Shown one piece after another: positions 1 to 9,801 of a stretch of 64,000 bases of DNA (positions are counted from its first letter, which is position 1; every line of letters starts with the position of its first letter). The translations under genes and the position numbers were made by a program. The stretch is taken from assembly GCA_965261005.1 (NCBI GenBank), contig OZ253376.1, positions 247,558 to 311,557 of the forward strand. Reading direction: 5' to 3'. Origin of the DNA: Deinococcus sp. (GTDB lineage: Bacteria; Deinococcota; Deinococci; Deinococcales; Deinococcaceae). Under the pieces are notes generated by a model. The model was given only the letters and a program-made list of their open reading frames with translations. It did not search any database and had not been told where the DNA came from.

Positions 1-1404
<1,404 letters not shown>

Positions 1405-1667
1405 CCGCAAGGGGCGTGGCTGCTGTCAAAGTCCGGCAATTTGCGGGGCGTGCTGGCGGGCCTTTTCGGGGAGGCCAGCCTCCGGGGGCCGGCACTATGG
1501 ACGCTGCCCGGGGAAAATGGCGTCCTGCACAGACCGCAAAACGGCGCGTCAGAGACCTGCTCCGGCTGTTGCGAACGCTGCCAGCGTGTAGGATGAATGC
1601 TGTCCTGCACCTCAGGGCGAGCCGCATGACAACACCTGCCCTCCTTGAAAAGGGCGAGAAATAAGCC
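1405..1667 (+). promoter_or_regulatory. CRISPR leader
   Basis: Non-coding stretch next to the perfectly conserved end of the array; degenerate repeats lie at the opposite end. Confidence 0.7.
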
Positions 1668-2441
1668 GCTTCAACCACTTCCCCGAGCGATAGGGGACTG
1701 AAACACCCGTGGCGCACCATCGCGGTAGACGGGCTGCCCGGCTTCAACCACTTCCCCGAGCGATAGGGGACTGAAACGGTATACCCAGTTAATCGCCCAG
1801 GTCGCAACCGCTTGCTTCAACCACTTCCCCGAGCGATAGGGGACTGAAACAGGTGTACGGCGACGCCAGGGTGTACGGCGACGCTTGGGTGCTTCAACCA
1901 CTTCCCCGAGCGATAGGGGACTGAAACCGCTGATCGTGAGCATCGCGGCCGAACTGCGCGCAAGGCTTCAACCACTTCCCCGAGCGATAGGGGACTGAAA
2001 CTCGCAGTAATTCTTCTCGAACTCCAGGTGACGAATGCTTCAACCACTTCCCCGAGCGATAGGGGACTGAAACGCACCTTGGACAGCGCCAACCGCACCC
2101 TTACGGCTCTGCTTCAACCACTTCCCCGAGCGATAGGGGACTGAAACTGGAGCGGCCCCGCGCGAAGTTCCGCAATCGCACCAGCTTCAACCACTTCCCC
2201 GAGCGATAGGGGACTGAAACAGCTGCGCGACTCACAGGAGATGCGCGCCGGCCACCTGCTTCAACCACTTCCCCGAGCGATAGGGGACTGAAACGCGAGC
2301 ACGGGCAGCGGCGCGGGTGCGGGCAGCACGCTTCAACCACTTCCCCGAGCGATAGGGGACTGAAACGCGTGCAGCGAGGAGATGTCGCTGCTGCTTCTGC
2401 GGCTTGCTTCAACAGCTTCCCCGAGCGATAGGGGACTGAAA

Positions 2442-2603
2442 CGCGAAGGTCGCCAGCGCGTCTTGTGTCAGTAAAAGCCGTACAGGCCGTACTTACACGT
2501 GACCTTGGAACTGGTGGGGGATACAATGGAAGTGTTCCACGCCCACGCCATGAACGCGGCAGAGCTGCAAATCTACAAGGGTAAGGGTGGGAAAAAGAGA
2601 TGA
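2442..2603 (+). pseudogene. 3' fragment of a BrnT/RelE-like toxin inside the array, with an in-frame TAA at 2472-2474
   Basis: Reads REGRQRVLCQ*KPYRPYLHVTLELVGDTMEVFHAHAMNAAELQIYKGKGGKKR*; resembles BrnT C-terminal pattern; TGA overlaps next ATG (ATGA 2600-2603). Confidence 0.6.
2499..2527 (+). promoter_or_regulatory. Putative sigma70 promoter inside the giant spacer
   Basis: GTGACC (2499-2504), 17 bp, TACAAT (2522-2527). Confidence 0.5.
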
Positions 2604-2806
2604 GCAAGTTCAAAACCGTGCGGCTGGCCGACGTGCCGGACAACATGACCCAAGAAGAGGAAGCCCGTTACTGGGATTCGCACACCATCGCCTCCGACGA
2701 CTGGGAAGAGGCGCCAGTAGGGGACGCGGCGCTGGATACCTTCTTTGGGCGCTACGATGCCGAGCACGCCCTCGTTCGAGGCTTCAACGATTTCCCCGAG
2801 CGATAG
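2600..2806 (+). CDS. CopG/BrnA-type antitoxin N-terminal domain (68 aa), last codons and stop supplied by CRISPR repeat 12
   Basis: VPDNMTQEEEARYWDSH motif typical of CopG-family antitoxins; ATGA coupling to toxin fragment; TAG at repeat positions 24-26. Confidence 0.7.
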   Translation: MSKFKTVRLADVPDNMTQEEEARYWDSHTIASDDWEEAPVGDAALDTFFGRYDAEHALVRGFNDFPER

Positions 2807-2936
2807 GGGACTGAAACAGAACTCCTGCGGCACCTGCCCCGGCACCTCGTAGGCTTCAACAACTTCCCCGAGCGATAGGGGACTGAACCTTGGTCAGGTC
2901 GTACCCGCCGCCGTCAATCTCATCTCGGTTTCCGTC

Positions 2937-4031
2937 TCACGCGTCGCCGCTCGGCGCCACCCTGCCGATGGCGCGGCTCGCTCTCAGGGACGGCGCCTCG
3001 ATCAGACGGTAGGCCAAGGACGCCGCCAACAGGGTGAGCGGTACGGCCAACAGTCCCCCCAGCGCCAGCGGCACGCCCACACGGGACAGGCCCCAAGCGA
3101 CCGCCAGCAGCACTGGAAAGTGCGTGGCGTACAGCGAGTAGCTGACGCGCCCGAGGTGTTGCAGCGCCGGGCGCTCCAGCCACGCCGCCGCGTGCGGCAA
3201 GTGGCACAGCGCGTACACCATCCCGGCCGCCCCCACCCCGGTCACCCAGCGGTACAGCACGTCTTCCTCGTTCGTCAGCCAGCGCGACAGCAGCGCGCCC
3301 AGGCCCAGCAACAGCAGGCCCGAGGCCAGGGCGGGGGAGAGGCGCCCGCGCTCCGGAAAGCTGAGGCCAACCGCCGCCCCCAAGGCGAACAGCGGCAGGT
3401 ACAGTAAGGAGGGAAAGCCCAGCGCGCCCAGCGTCAGCGCGAGGCCCGCCACCGGCAGCACGCTCCAAAGGCGCAGCCGCAGGGCCAGCCACGCCAGCAG
3501 CGGCATCACGAAGGCGGCCTGCCACTCCACCACCAAGGTCCACAGCGGCGGGTTGAGGCGGTTGGCGTTCGGCACCGGCCACAGCAAGGTGAGAAAGCCC
3601 AGCAGGTCGCCCGAACTCAGCGGCTCGCTCAGGGTGCGCAGCAGCACGCTGGCCCCGCTCGGTATCTCCACATTCAGCAGCGCCCTCGACGTGAAGCCGA
3701 GCACGACCGCCAGGTAGGCGACCGGCAGCAAGCGGACCAGGCGCCGCGCCAGGTAGATGCGCAGCGCGGCGGGGGAGAAGCCGCGCCGCGCGATGGCGCG
3801 GGCGACGACGAAGCCGCTCAGCACGAAGAAGAGGTCCACCGCCGGGGCGCCCAGGTGCCACAAGGCGTACTCGAAAACCGTGGGAGGTCGCAAGCCCCAA
3901 GGCACATAGCTCAGGGCGGCGACGTGGCTGAGCACGACCGCAAAGGCCGCGAGGCCGCGTACCCCGTCCAAAAAGGCGAGCCGGACGGGGGCGCGGCTCA
4001 GTTCAGCTTCAGGCCGGACCAAAACGCGCAC
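2937..4031 (-). CDS. Acyltransferase family 3 (OafA-like) membrane protein
   Basis: LDGVRGLAA..VVLSH, AVDLFFVLSGFV, RRLVRL, LWTLVVEWQ, LGRVSYSLYATH; GTG start uncertain. Confidence 0.88.
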   Translation of the reverse strand: MRVLVRPEAELSRAPVRLAFLDGVRGLAAFAVVLSHVAALSYVPWGLRPPTVFEYALWHLGAPAVDLFFVLSGFVVARAIARRGFSPAALRIYLARRLVRLLPVAYLAVVLGFTSRALLNVEIPSGASVLLRTLSEPLSSGDLLGFLTLLWPVPNANRLNPPLWTLVVEWQAAFVMPLLAWLALRLRLWSVLPVAGLALTLGALGFPSLLYLPLFALGAAVGLSFPERGRLSPALASGLLLLGLGALLSRWLTNEEDVLYRWVTGVGAAGMVYALCHLPHAAAWLERPALQHLGRVSYSLYATHFPVLLAVAWGLSRVGVPLALGGLLAVPLTLLAASLAYRLIEAPSLRASRAIGRVAPSGDA

Positions 4032-5629
4032 TTGTGCTCCGCCGAGAAGTTGACGCTTTCCCGGCTTCCCGCCGGCGTGAAGACCTCCAGGTTGCCGCGC
4101 GCCGCCTCGAAGGGCCGCCACGGCGCTCGGTTCTGCGCCCCGTCCGCCGGGTTCGGGTCGCCCGTCCCCGCAAACCTCGCCCAGGCCGTGCTGAAGGCGT
4201 CCGAGAGCCGTCTTTGGGCGGGGCTGAACATCGCGGGGTCCGCCACGCCGGGAATCGGCGTCCCGAAGGCGTACACGAGGCTGCCGCCGTGGAAGGACCC
4301 CAGCCCCGGCAGACCTGCCGGCACCTTCAACCCGGTCGCGGCCTGCGGATCGTCGAACTCGTAGGCGTGGACCGGCACGAAGCGCGACAGCGCGGCGGCG
4401 ACGTTGCGGGCCGGGCAGCTGAAGACCCCGTCGGTGAACAGCGTCGTCAGGGCCAGCGCGGGCGTGCCGTAGGCCCGAATGGGGTACTGGGCCAGCACCC
4501 GCTGGGCCGAATCGACCCCGACCAAGAGGCCGACGCCGCCCCAATACTGAACCGCGCTGAGCGGCTGGCCCCCCGGGGACGCCACCGAGACGAACAGCCG
4601 CCCCTCGTCGTGGTTGGTGCCCAGCAGCACCGGCACGCGGTTGAAGCGCCCCCGACCAAAGGCGTCCTCCAGCGTGAGCGGTAGCGCGCCCCCGCCGTAC
4701 ACCGGCGACCACACCAAATTGCTGAGGGGCCGCAGACCCGGCACCTTGGTCGCCAGTAGCGCGCTCACTGGCACGCGCCGCAGGCAGGCCAAGTCCGCCA
4801 CCGAGCAGCCGAGCCTCGCCGCGTAGCTTTGGTTGCGCGCCCCCGCCTGCGCCAGCGTGACGGCGTTGCCGGGGCTGGTGCACAGCCCGCTCTGGACGAT
4901 GGCCTTTTGAAACAGGCCGGCGGCGGTGGGCGAGGCCAGTTGGTCGCACACGCTCAAAGCGCCCGCCGACTCCCCGGCGACGGTCACGTTCGCCGGGTCA
5001 CCGCCAAAGGCGGCGATGTTGTCCCGTACCCAGCGCAGGGCGGCCTGCTGGTCGAGCAGCCCATAGTTGCCCGAGGCGCCAAGGGGCGCCTCGGCGTCCA
5101 GCCTTGGCAGCGCCAGAAAGCCCAGGGCGCCCAGGCGGTAGTTGAGGGTCACGACCATCAGGCCGTACTTCTCGGCCAGCACGCTGCCGTCGTAAAAGCT
5201 GCCGGCGCCATTGGTGAAGCTGCCGCCGTGAATCCAGACCAGCACGGGCAACTTGCCGCTCCCCGCCGTTCCCCTCGGCGCGTAGACGTTCAGGTACAGG
5301 CAGTCCTCGTCGCCTTGAAGCTGGCCGGGCGTGACGCCGGGCGCCGGGAACAGCGCCAGCGCCAGCTGCGGACAGACGTTGCCGAAGCTGCCGGCGTCCC
5401 TGGGCACGCGCCAAGGCTGGGGCGGCTGCGGCGCCCGCCAGCGCAAGTCGCCCACGGGCGGCGCCGCGTAGGGAATGCCGAAAAAGGTCTGCACGGCCGC
5501 TTCCCGCCCCACCACCGCCCCCTGGTCCGTCTCGACCGTGCGGGTCTGCTGGGCCTGCTGAGCTTGGGCGGCGGGGGCGAGCAGCAGGGCAAGCGAGGCG
5601 AGCAGTCGGACGCGGGACGTTCGGTTCAT
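3998..5629 (-). CDS. Secreted type-B carboxylesterase
   Basis: Signal peptide; GIPYAAPPVGDLRW, EDCLYLNV, WIHGG, GESAG nucleophile motif. Confidence 0.93.
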   Translation of the reverse strand: MNRTSRVRLLASLALLLAPAAQAQQAQQTRTVETDQGAVVGREAAVQTFFGIPYAAPPVGDLRWRAPQPPQPWRVPRDAGSFGNVCPQLALALFPAPGVTPGQLQGDEDCLYLNVYAPRGTAGSGKLPVLVWIHGGSFTNGAGSFYDGSVLAEKYGLMVVTLNYRLGALGFLALPRLDAEAPLGASGNYGLLDQQAALRWVRDNIAAFGGDPANVTVAGESAGALSVCDQLASPTAAGLFQKAIVQSGLCTSPGNAVTLAQAGARNQSYAARLGCSVADLACLRRVPVSALLATKVPGLRPLSNLVWSPVYGGGALPLTLEDAFGRGRFNRVPVLLGTNHDEGRLFVSVASPGGQPLSAVQYWGGVGLLVGVDSAQRVLAQYPIRAYGTPALALTTLFTDGVFSCPARNVAAALSRFVPVHAYEFDDPQAATGLKVPAGLPGLGSFHGGSLVYAFGTPIPGVADPAMFSPAQRRLSDAFSTAWARFAGTGDPNPADGAQNRAPWRPFEAARGNLEVFTPAGSRESVNFSAEHKCAFWSGLKLN

Positions 5630-5922
5630 GAGATGCCTCCTCGCCATTCATAGCACTTCGCCGGGGCTTGATGGCGGCGCGTGTTGGGCGGAACGGCGGC
5701 GGCGGAAAACTTATTGACCGCTCCTCACACCTTCCCCTTCCCTGGACCGCCGCTACGGCGCGGTCCGGGGTTTTCTCTGCCCCGGCTGAGAACTCGCAAA
5801 AGCTCGCCGGGATAGACCTTCATGCGGGGCTGAGGCTGTCCAAAACCTTAACGGCTCCCGCTTGACGGGATCGGCGGGCGGGAACAGAATTCGGCCAGCA
5901 AAGCGACTTCGAGGGGGCAAGC

Positions 5923-6438
5923 ATGACGGTAGAAAGCGTGCGGGGCGAGGGGCTGAGCGTGCCGACGCTCAGCGTGTCCATGACGGTGAACGGCGGGGCG
6001 CGCGAGGTGCAGGTGCCGCCCCAAGCGACGTTGCTCGACGTGCTGCGCGAGCGGCTCTCGCTCACCGGCAGCAAAAAGGGCTGCAACCACGGCCAGTGCG
6101 GCGCCTGCACCGTCTTCGTGGACGGCCAGGCGGTTCTGTCCTGCCTGACCCTGACGGCCACCTTGGAGGGACGCGAGGTCACCACCATCGAGGGCCTCGC
6201 GGACGGCGAGCAACTGCACCCGATGCAGCAAGCTTTTATCGAGCACGACGCCTTTCAGTGCGGCTACTGCACGCCGGGGCAGATTATGTCGGCGGTCGCC
6301 TGCGTGCAGACCGGCCACGCCGGCGACGAGGCGGTTCTCAAGGACTTCATGAGCGGCAACATCTGCCGCTGCGCCGCCTACCCACAGATCGTGAGGGCCG
6401 TGCAGAGCGTGGCGGGGGATGACCATGCGCCCGTTTGA
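5923..6438 (+). CDS. paoA: Aldehyde/xanthine oxidoreductase 2Fe-2S subunit (YagT/PaoA-like)
   Basis: GCNHGQCGAC, QCGYCTPGQ, GNICRC. Confidence 0.9.
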   Translation: MTVESVRGEGLSVPTLSVSMTVNGGAREVQVPPQATLLDVLRERLSLTGSKKGCNHGQCGACTVFVDGQAVLSCLTLTATLEGREVTTIEGLADGEQLHPMQQAFIEHDAFQCGYCTPGQIMSAVACVQTGHAGDEAVLKDFMSGNICRCAAYPQIVRAVQSVAGDDHAPV

Positions 6439-7408
6439 GTATGGGCGCGCGGACAGCGAGGCCCAGGCGCTGTCGCTGGGCGGCGCGTACCTGGCCGGCG
6501 GCACCACCCTGATCGACTTGATGCGGCTGAACGTCGAGCGCCCCCCGCTGGTCACCGACATCACCCGCTTGCCGCTCGGGGCGGTCGAGGAGTGGGACGG
6601 TGGGCTGCGCATCGGCGCGCTGGCGAGCAACACCGGGGTGGCCGAGCATCCCTTGGTGCGGGAACGCTTTCCGCTGCTTTCGGAGGCCATTCTGGCCGGG
6701 GCGTCACAACAGATTCGCAACATGGCCAGCATGTCGGGCAACGTGATGCAGCGGACCCGCTGCCCGTACTTCCGCAACCTCGACTTTCCCCAGTGCAACA
6801 AGCGCGATCCCGGCAGCGGCTGCGGGGCCATAGAGGGCGACCACCGCAAGCACGCGGTCTTGGGGACCTCGGAGCAGTGCATTGCGGTGCACGCCTCGGA
6901 CGCGGCGGTGGCCTTGGTGGCGCTCGACTGTACCTTGACGCTGCGCGGGCCGCAAGGGGAGCGCGAGCTGGCCCTCACGGACTTCCTGCTCCAGCCGGGC
7001 GACCACCCCGAGCGCGAGCACGACCTCAGACCTGACGAGCTGATCGTGGGCCTGAACCTGCCGGCCTTGCCGTGGGCGCGGGGCGGCACCTACCTCAAGG
7101 TGCGCGAGCGCGAGTCGTACTCGTTCGCGCTGGCGTCGGCGGCGGTGGCCCTCGATGTGGACGGCGATACGGTGCGGGACGTGAGAATCGCCCTGGGCGG
7201 CGTCGGCACGGTGCCGTGGCGGGCCAGGGCGGCGGAGGAAACGTTGAAGGGCCAGCCCGCCACCCGCGAATCCTTCGAGGCCGCCGCCCGCATCGCCCTC
7301 CAGGACGCCAGGCCGCTGGAGCACAACGCCTACAAAGTCCCCCTCGCCCGGAACGTGATCGTCCGCGCCCTGGAACGGGTGGCCGGGCGAGGCAAGGAGA
7401 ACGCATGA
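6419..7408 (+). CDS. paoB: Aldehyde/xanthine oxidoreductase FAD subunit (YagS/PaoB-like)
   Basis: LAGGTTLIDLM, QIRNMAS, QRTRCPYF..CNKR..GC 4Fe-4S insert. Confidence 0.9.
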   Translation: MTMRPFEYGRADSEAQALSLGGAYLAGGTTLIDLMRLNVERPPLVTDITRLPLGAVEEWDGGLRIGALASNTGVAEHPLVRERFPLLSEAILAGASQQIRNMASMSGNVMQRTRCPYFRNLDFPQCNKRDPGSGCGAIEGDHRKHAVLGTSEQCIAVHASDAAVALVALDCTLTLRGPQGERELALTDFLLQPGDHPEREHDLRPDELIVGLNLPALPWARGGTYLKVRERESYSFALASAAVALDVDGDTVRDVRIALGGVGTVPWRARAAEETLKGQPATRESFEAAARIALQDARPLEHNAYKVPLARNVIVRALERVAGRGKENA

Positions 7409-9723
7409 CCGCCACCAAGCCCCCCGCCGACCCCCCGGCCCTGCAAGTGCTCGGCGGCGCCATCGGACGTCCGATGAACCGGGTGGACGGCCCCGACAAG
7501 GTCACCGGCGCCGCCACCTACGCCGCCGAGTACGACCTGCCCAACCTGGCGCACGCCGCGCTGGTCACGTCCTCGGTCGCCAGCGGCAGGGTGCGCCGCA
7601 TGGACACGGCCGCCGCCGAGGCGGTGCCGGGCGTGCTGCGGGTCCTGACCCACCAGTCGCCGGACGTGCGGCTGAGGCCGCTGGAGGCCGCCTACCCCAA
7701 GAGCACCTCGGGGACCGCCCTGCTGCCGCTTCAGACCGACGAAATTCAGCAGCGCGGCCAAGTCGTGGCGGTCGTGGTGGCGGGCACGCTGGAACAGGCC
7801 CAGCACGCCGCCACCCTCGTCGAGGTGGAGTACGACCCGTCGCCCGCCATCGGCACGCTGGGAGCCAGCTTGAACAGCGGCCGGGACGACCTGAAAGAGC
7901 CGGTCGAGGACGCGGCCTACCAGCGGGGCGACGCCGAGGGGGAACTCGCACAAGCCGAGGTGCGCTTGGAGGCGACCTACACCACCCCGCAGGAGAACCA
8001 CAACCCGATGGAGTTGCACGCCACCACGGCGGTGTGGGACAGCGAGACGCACCTGACGGTCTACGAGCCGAGCCAGTGGATTCTGGCCCCGCAGCATACC
8101 CTCGCGCACCACTTCGGCCTCGGGCCGGAGCAGGTGCGGGTGGTCTCGCCCTACATCGGCGGCGGCTTCGGCAGCAAGGCGGCCACCTGGTCCCATTTGC
8201 CCCTCGCGGCGCTGGCGGCGAGGCTGGTGAAGCGCCCGGTCAGGCTCTCGCGCACCCGCGCGCAGATGTTCGCCGGGGTTGGCTACCGGCCCGCCACCGT
8301 GCAGCGCTATCAGCTGGGCGCCTCAAAGGACGGCAAAGTCAAAGCCCTTACGCTGCACGCCGATACCCAGGCCGGCATGAACAACAGCTTTCCCGAGCAG
8401 GTCGCCAACATCGTCGAGATGCTCTACGACATTCCCAACATGCAGGTCTCGCAGCAGCTCGCCCGCACCCACGCCGGCGAGGGCATCATGATGCGCGCCC
8501 CCGGCGAGGCCAGCGGCTCCTTCGGCTTGGAAAGCCTGATGGACGAGTTGGCCCACGAACTGGGGCTGGACCCCCTGGAATTGCGGCTGCGCAACTACGC
8601 CGAGACCGACCCGGAAAGCGGAAATCCCTACAGCAGCAAGCTGCTGCGCGCGTGTTACGAGCGGGCCGCCGAGCAGTTCGGCTGGTCGCGGCGCACCCCC
8701 GAACCCGGCAGCATGCGCGACGGGAACACCCTGATCGGCTGGGGCATGGCGACCGTCAGCTATCCGGTGTTCGCTTCGCCCGCCACCGCCCGCGCCCGCA
8801 TCTTTGGGGACGGCCGCGCCGAGATCGAGGCGGGGTCGCAGGACATCGGCACCGGCACCTACAGCATTCTGACCCAGATTGCCGCCGACGGCTTCGGCGT
8901 GCCCCCCGAACAGGTCACGGTCTTGCTGGGCGACACCAACTACTCCAAGAACGCCTACTCGGGCGGCTCGCGCACGGCGGCCAGCGTCGGGGACGTCGTG
9001 ATGGCCGCCTCGCTGGCGGCGAGAGCGGAACTCGCGCGCTTGGCGGTGGACGATCAGCAGTCGGTCCTGCGCGGCCTCAATCCGGACGACTTGGACGCGC
9101 GGGACGGCCGCCTTTTCTCGAAGACGGACCCCAGCCGGGGCGAGACCTTCGGCAACCTGCTGGCCCGCGCGGGGCGCAACCATCTTGAGGTCTACCGCGA
9201 ACTAGTGCCCATCGGCGGCGACCGTGAGAAGCTGGACGGGATGATGCGGGCCAAGAACGCCTCGGTGCCGGCGGACGCGGCGGGGTACGCCCGCCACAGC
9301 TTCGGGGCCGTCTTCGTGGAGGTGAGGGTGGACCCGGACTTCGGCACGGTGCGGGTGTCGCGCATGGTGGGCGTTTACGACATCGGGCGGGTGCTGAACC
9401 ATAAGACGGCCGAAAGTCAATTGATCGGCGGCATGATCTGGGGCGTCAGCATGGCGCTCTTCGAAAAGACCGACGTGGACCCGCAGACCGGCTTGGTCCT
9501 CAACGCCGACCTCGCGGAGTACCTGCTGCCGGTGAACGCCGACGTCGGTGAGGTGAGGGTCACGCTGCTGGACGTGCCCGACACCAAGGCCAGCCGCCTC
9601 GGGGCGCGCGGTGCGGGGGAGATCGGCGCGGTGGGCGGCGCCGCCGCCGTCGCCAATGCGGTGTGGCACGCGACCGGCAAGCGGGTGCGCGACCTGCCCA
9701 TCACGGCGGACAAGCTGCTGTGA
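7405..9723 (+). CDS. paoC: Aldehyde/xanthine oxidoreductase Mo-binding subunit (YagR/PaoC-like)
   Basis: RVDGPDKVTGAA, HNPME, GGGFGSK, MRAPGE, GARGAGEIG. Confidence 0.92.
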   Translation: MTATKPPADPPALQVLGGAIGRPMNRVDGPDKVTGAATYAAEYDLPNLAHAALVTSSVASGRVRRMDTAAAEAVPGVLRVLTHQSPDVRLRPLEAAYPKSTSGTALLPLQTDEIQQRGQVVAVVVAGTLEQAQHAATLVEVEYDPSPAIGTLGASLNSGRDDLKEPVEDAAYQRGDAEGELAQAEVRLEATYTTPQENHNPMELHATTAVWDSETHLTVYEPSQWILAPQHTLAHHFGLGPEQVRVVSPYIGGGFGSKAATWSHLPLAALAARLVKRPVRLSRTRAQMFAGVGYRPATVQRYQLGASKDGKVKALTLHADTQAGMNNSFPEQVANIVEMLYDIPNMQVSQQLARTHAGEGIMMRAPGEASGSFGLESLMDELAHELGLDPLELRLRNYAETDPESGNPYSSKLLRACYERAAEQFGWSRRTPEPGSMRDGNTLIGWGMATVSYPVFASPATARARIFGDGRAEIEAGSQDIGTGTYSILTQIAADGFGVPPEQVTVLLGDTNYSKNAYSGGSRTAASVGDVVMAASLAARAELARLAVDDQQSVLRGLNPDDLDARDGRLFSKTDPSRGETFGNLLARAGRNHLEVYRELVPIGGDREKLDGMMRAKNASVPADAAGYARHSFGAVFVEVRVDPDFGTVRVSRMVGVYDIGRVLNHKTAESQLIGGMIWGVSMALFEKTDVDPQTGLVLNADLAEYLLPVNADVGEVRVTLLDVPDTKASRLGARGAGEIGAVGGAAAVANAVWHATGKRVRDLPITADKLL

Positions 9724-9801
9724 GCGCGGGGCGATGAAGCCGCGCCTCATCCGGCGCCCCGGTCGGGCGCCTTATGCTCGGTCGGTGCGGCAGGAGCGAA
9801 G

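Larger units (their letters stand above)
1668..2889 (+). CRISPR. CRISPR array: 13 repeats of GCTTCAACCACTTCCCCGAGCGATAGGGGACTGAAAC (37 bp), eleven 35-40 bp spacers and one 338-bp spacer
   Basis: Repeats start at 1668,1741,1814,1891,1965,2037,2111,2184,2258,2330,2406*,2781*,2853* (*variant); CCCC/GGGG hairpin and ACTGAAAC 3' handle. Confidence 0.98.

Noticed and set aside
1671..2646. Minus-strand ORFs with repeating FSPLSLGEVVEA / VSVPYRSGKWLK peptides
   Set aside because: Translation of CRISPR repeats, not repeat proteins.
2443..2780. Insertion sequence or second leader as explanation of the array gap
   Set aside because: No IRs, target duplication or transposase; no similarity to the 1405-1667 leader; coding TA-like content throughout.
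1705..2852. Self-targeting spacers within the window
   Set aside because: No full-length match noticed by eye; only a 9-nt match for spacer 12. A computed search is needed.
7072..7404. Long N-terminal extensions in the ORF track (also 2937-4949, 22392-24056, 23429-25435, 54244-55476)
   Set aside because: They overlap upstream genes; real starts are at downstream coupled ATG/GTG codons.
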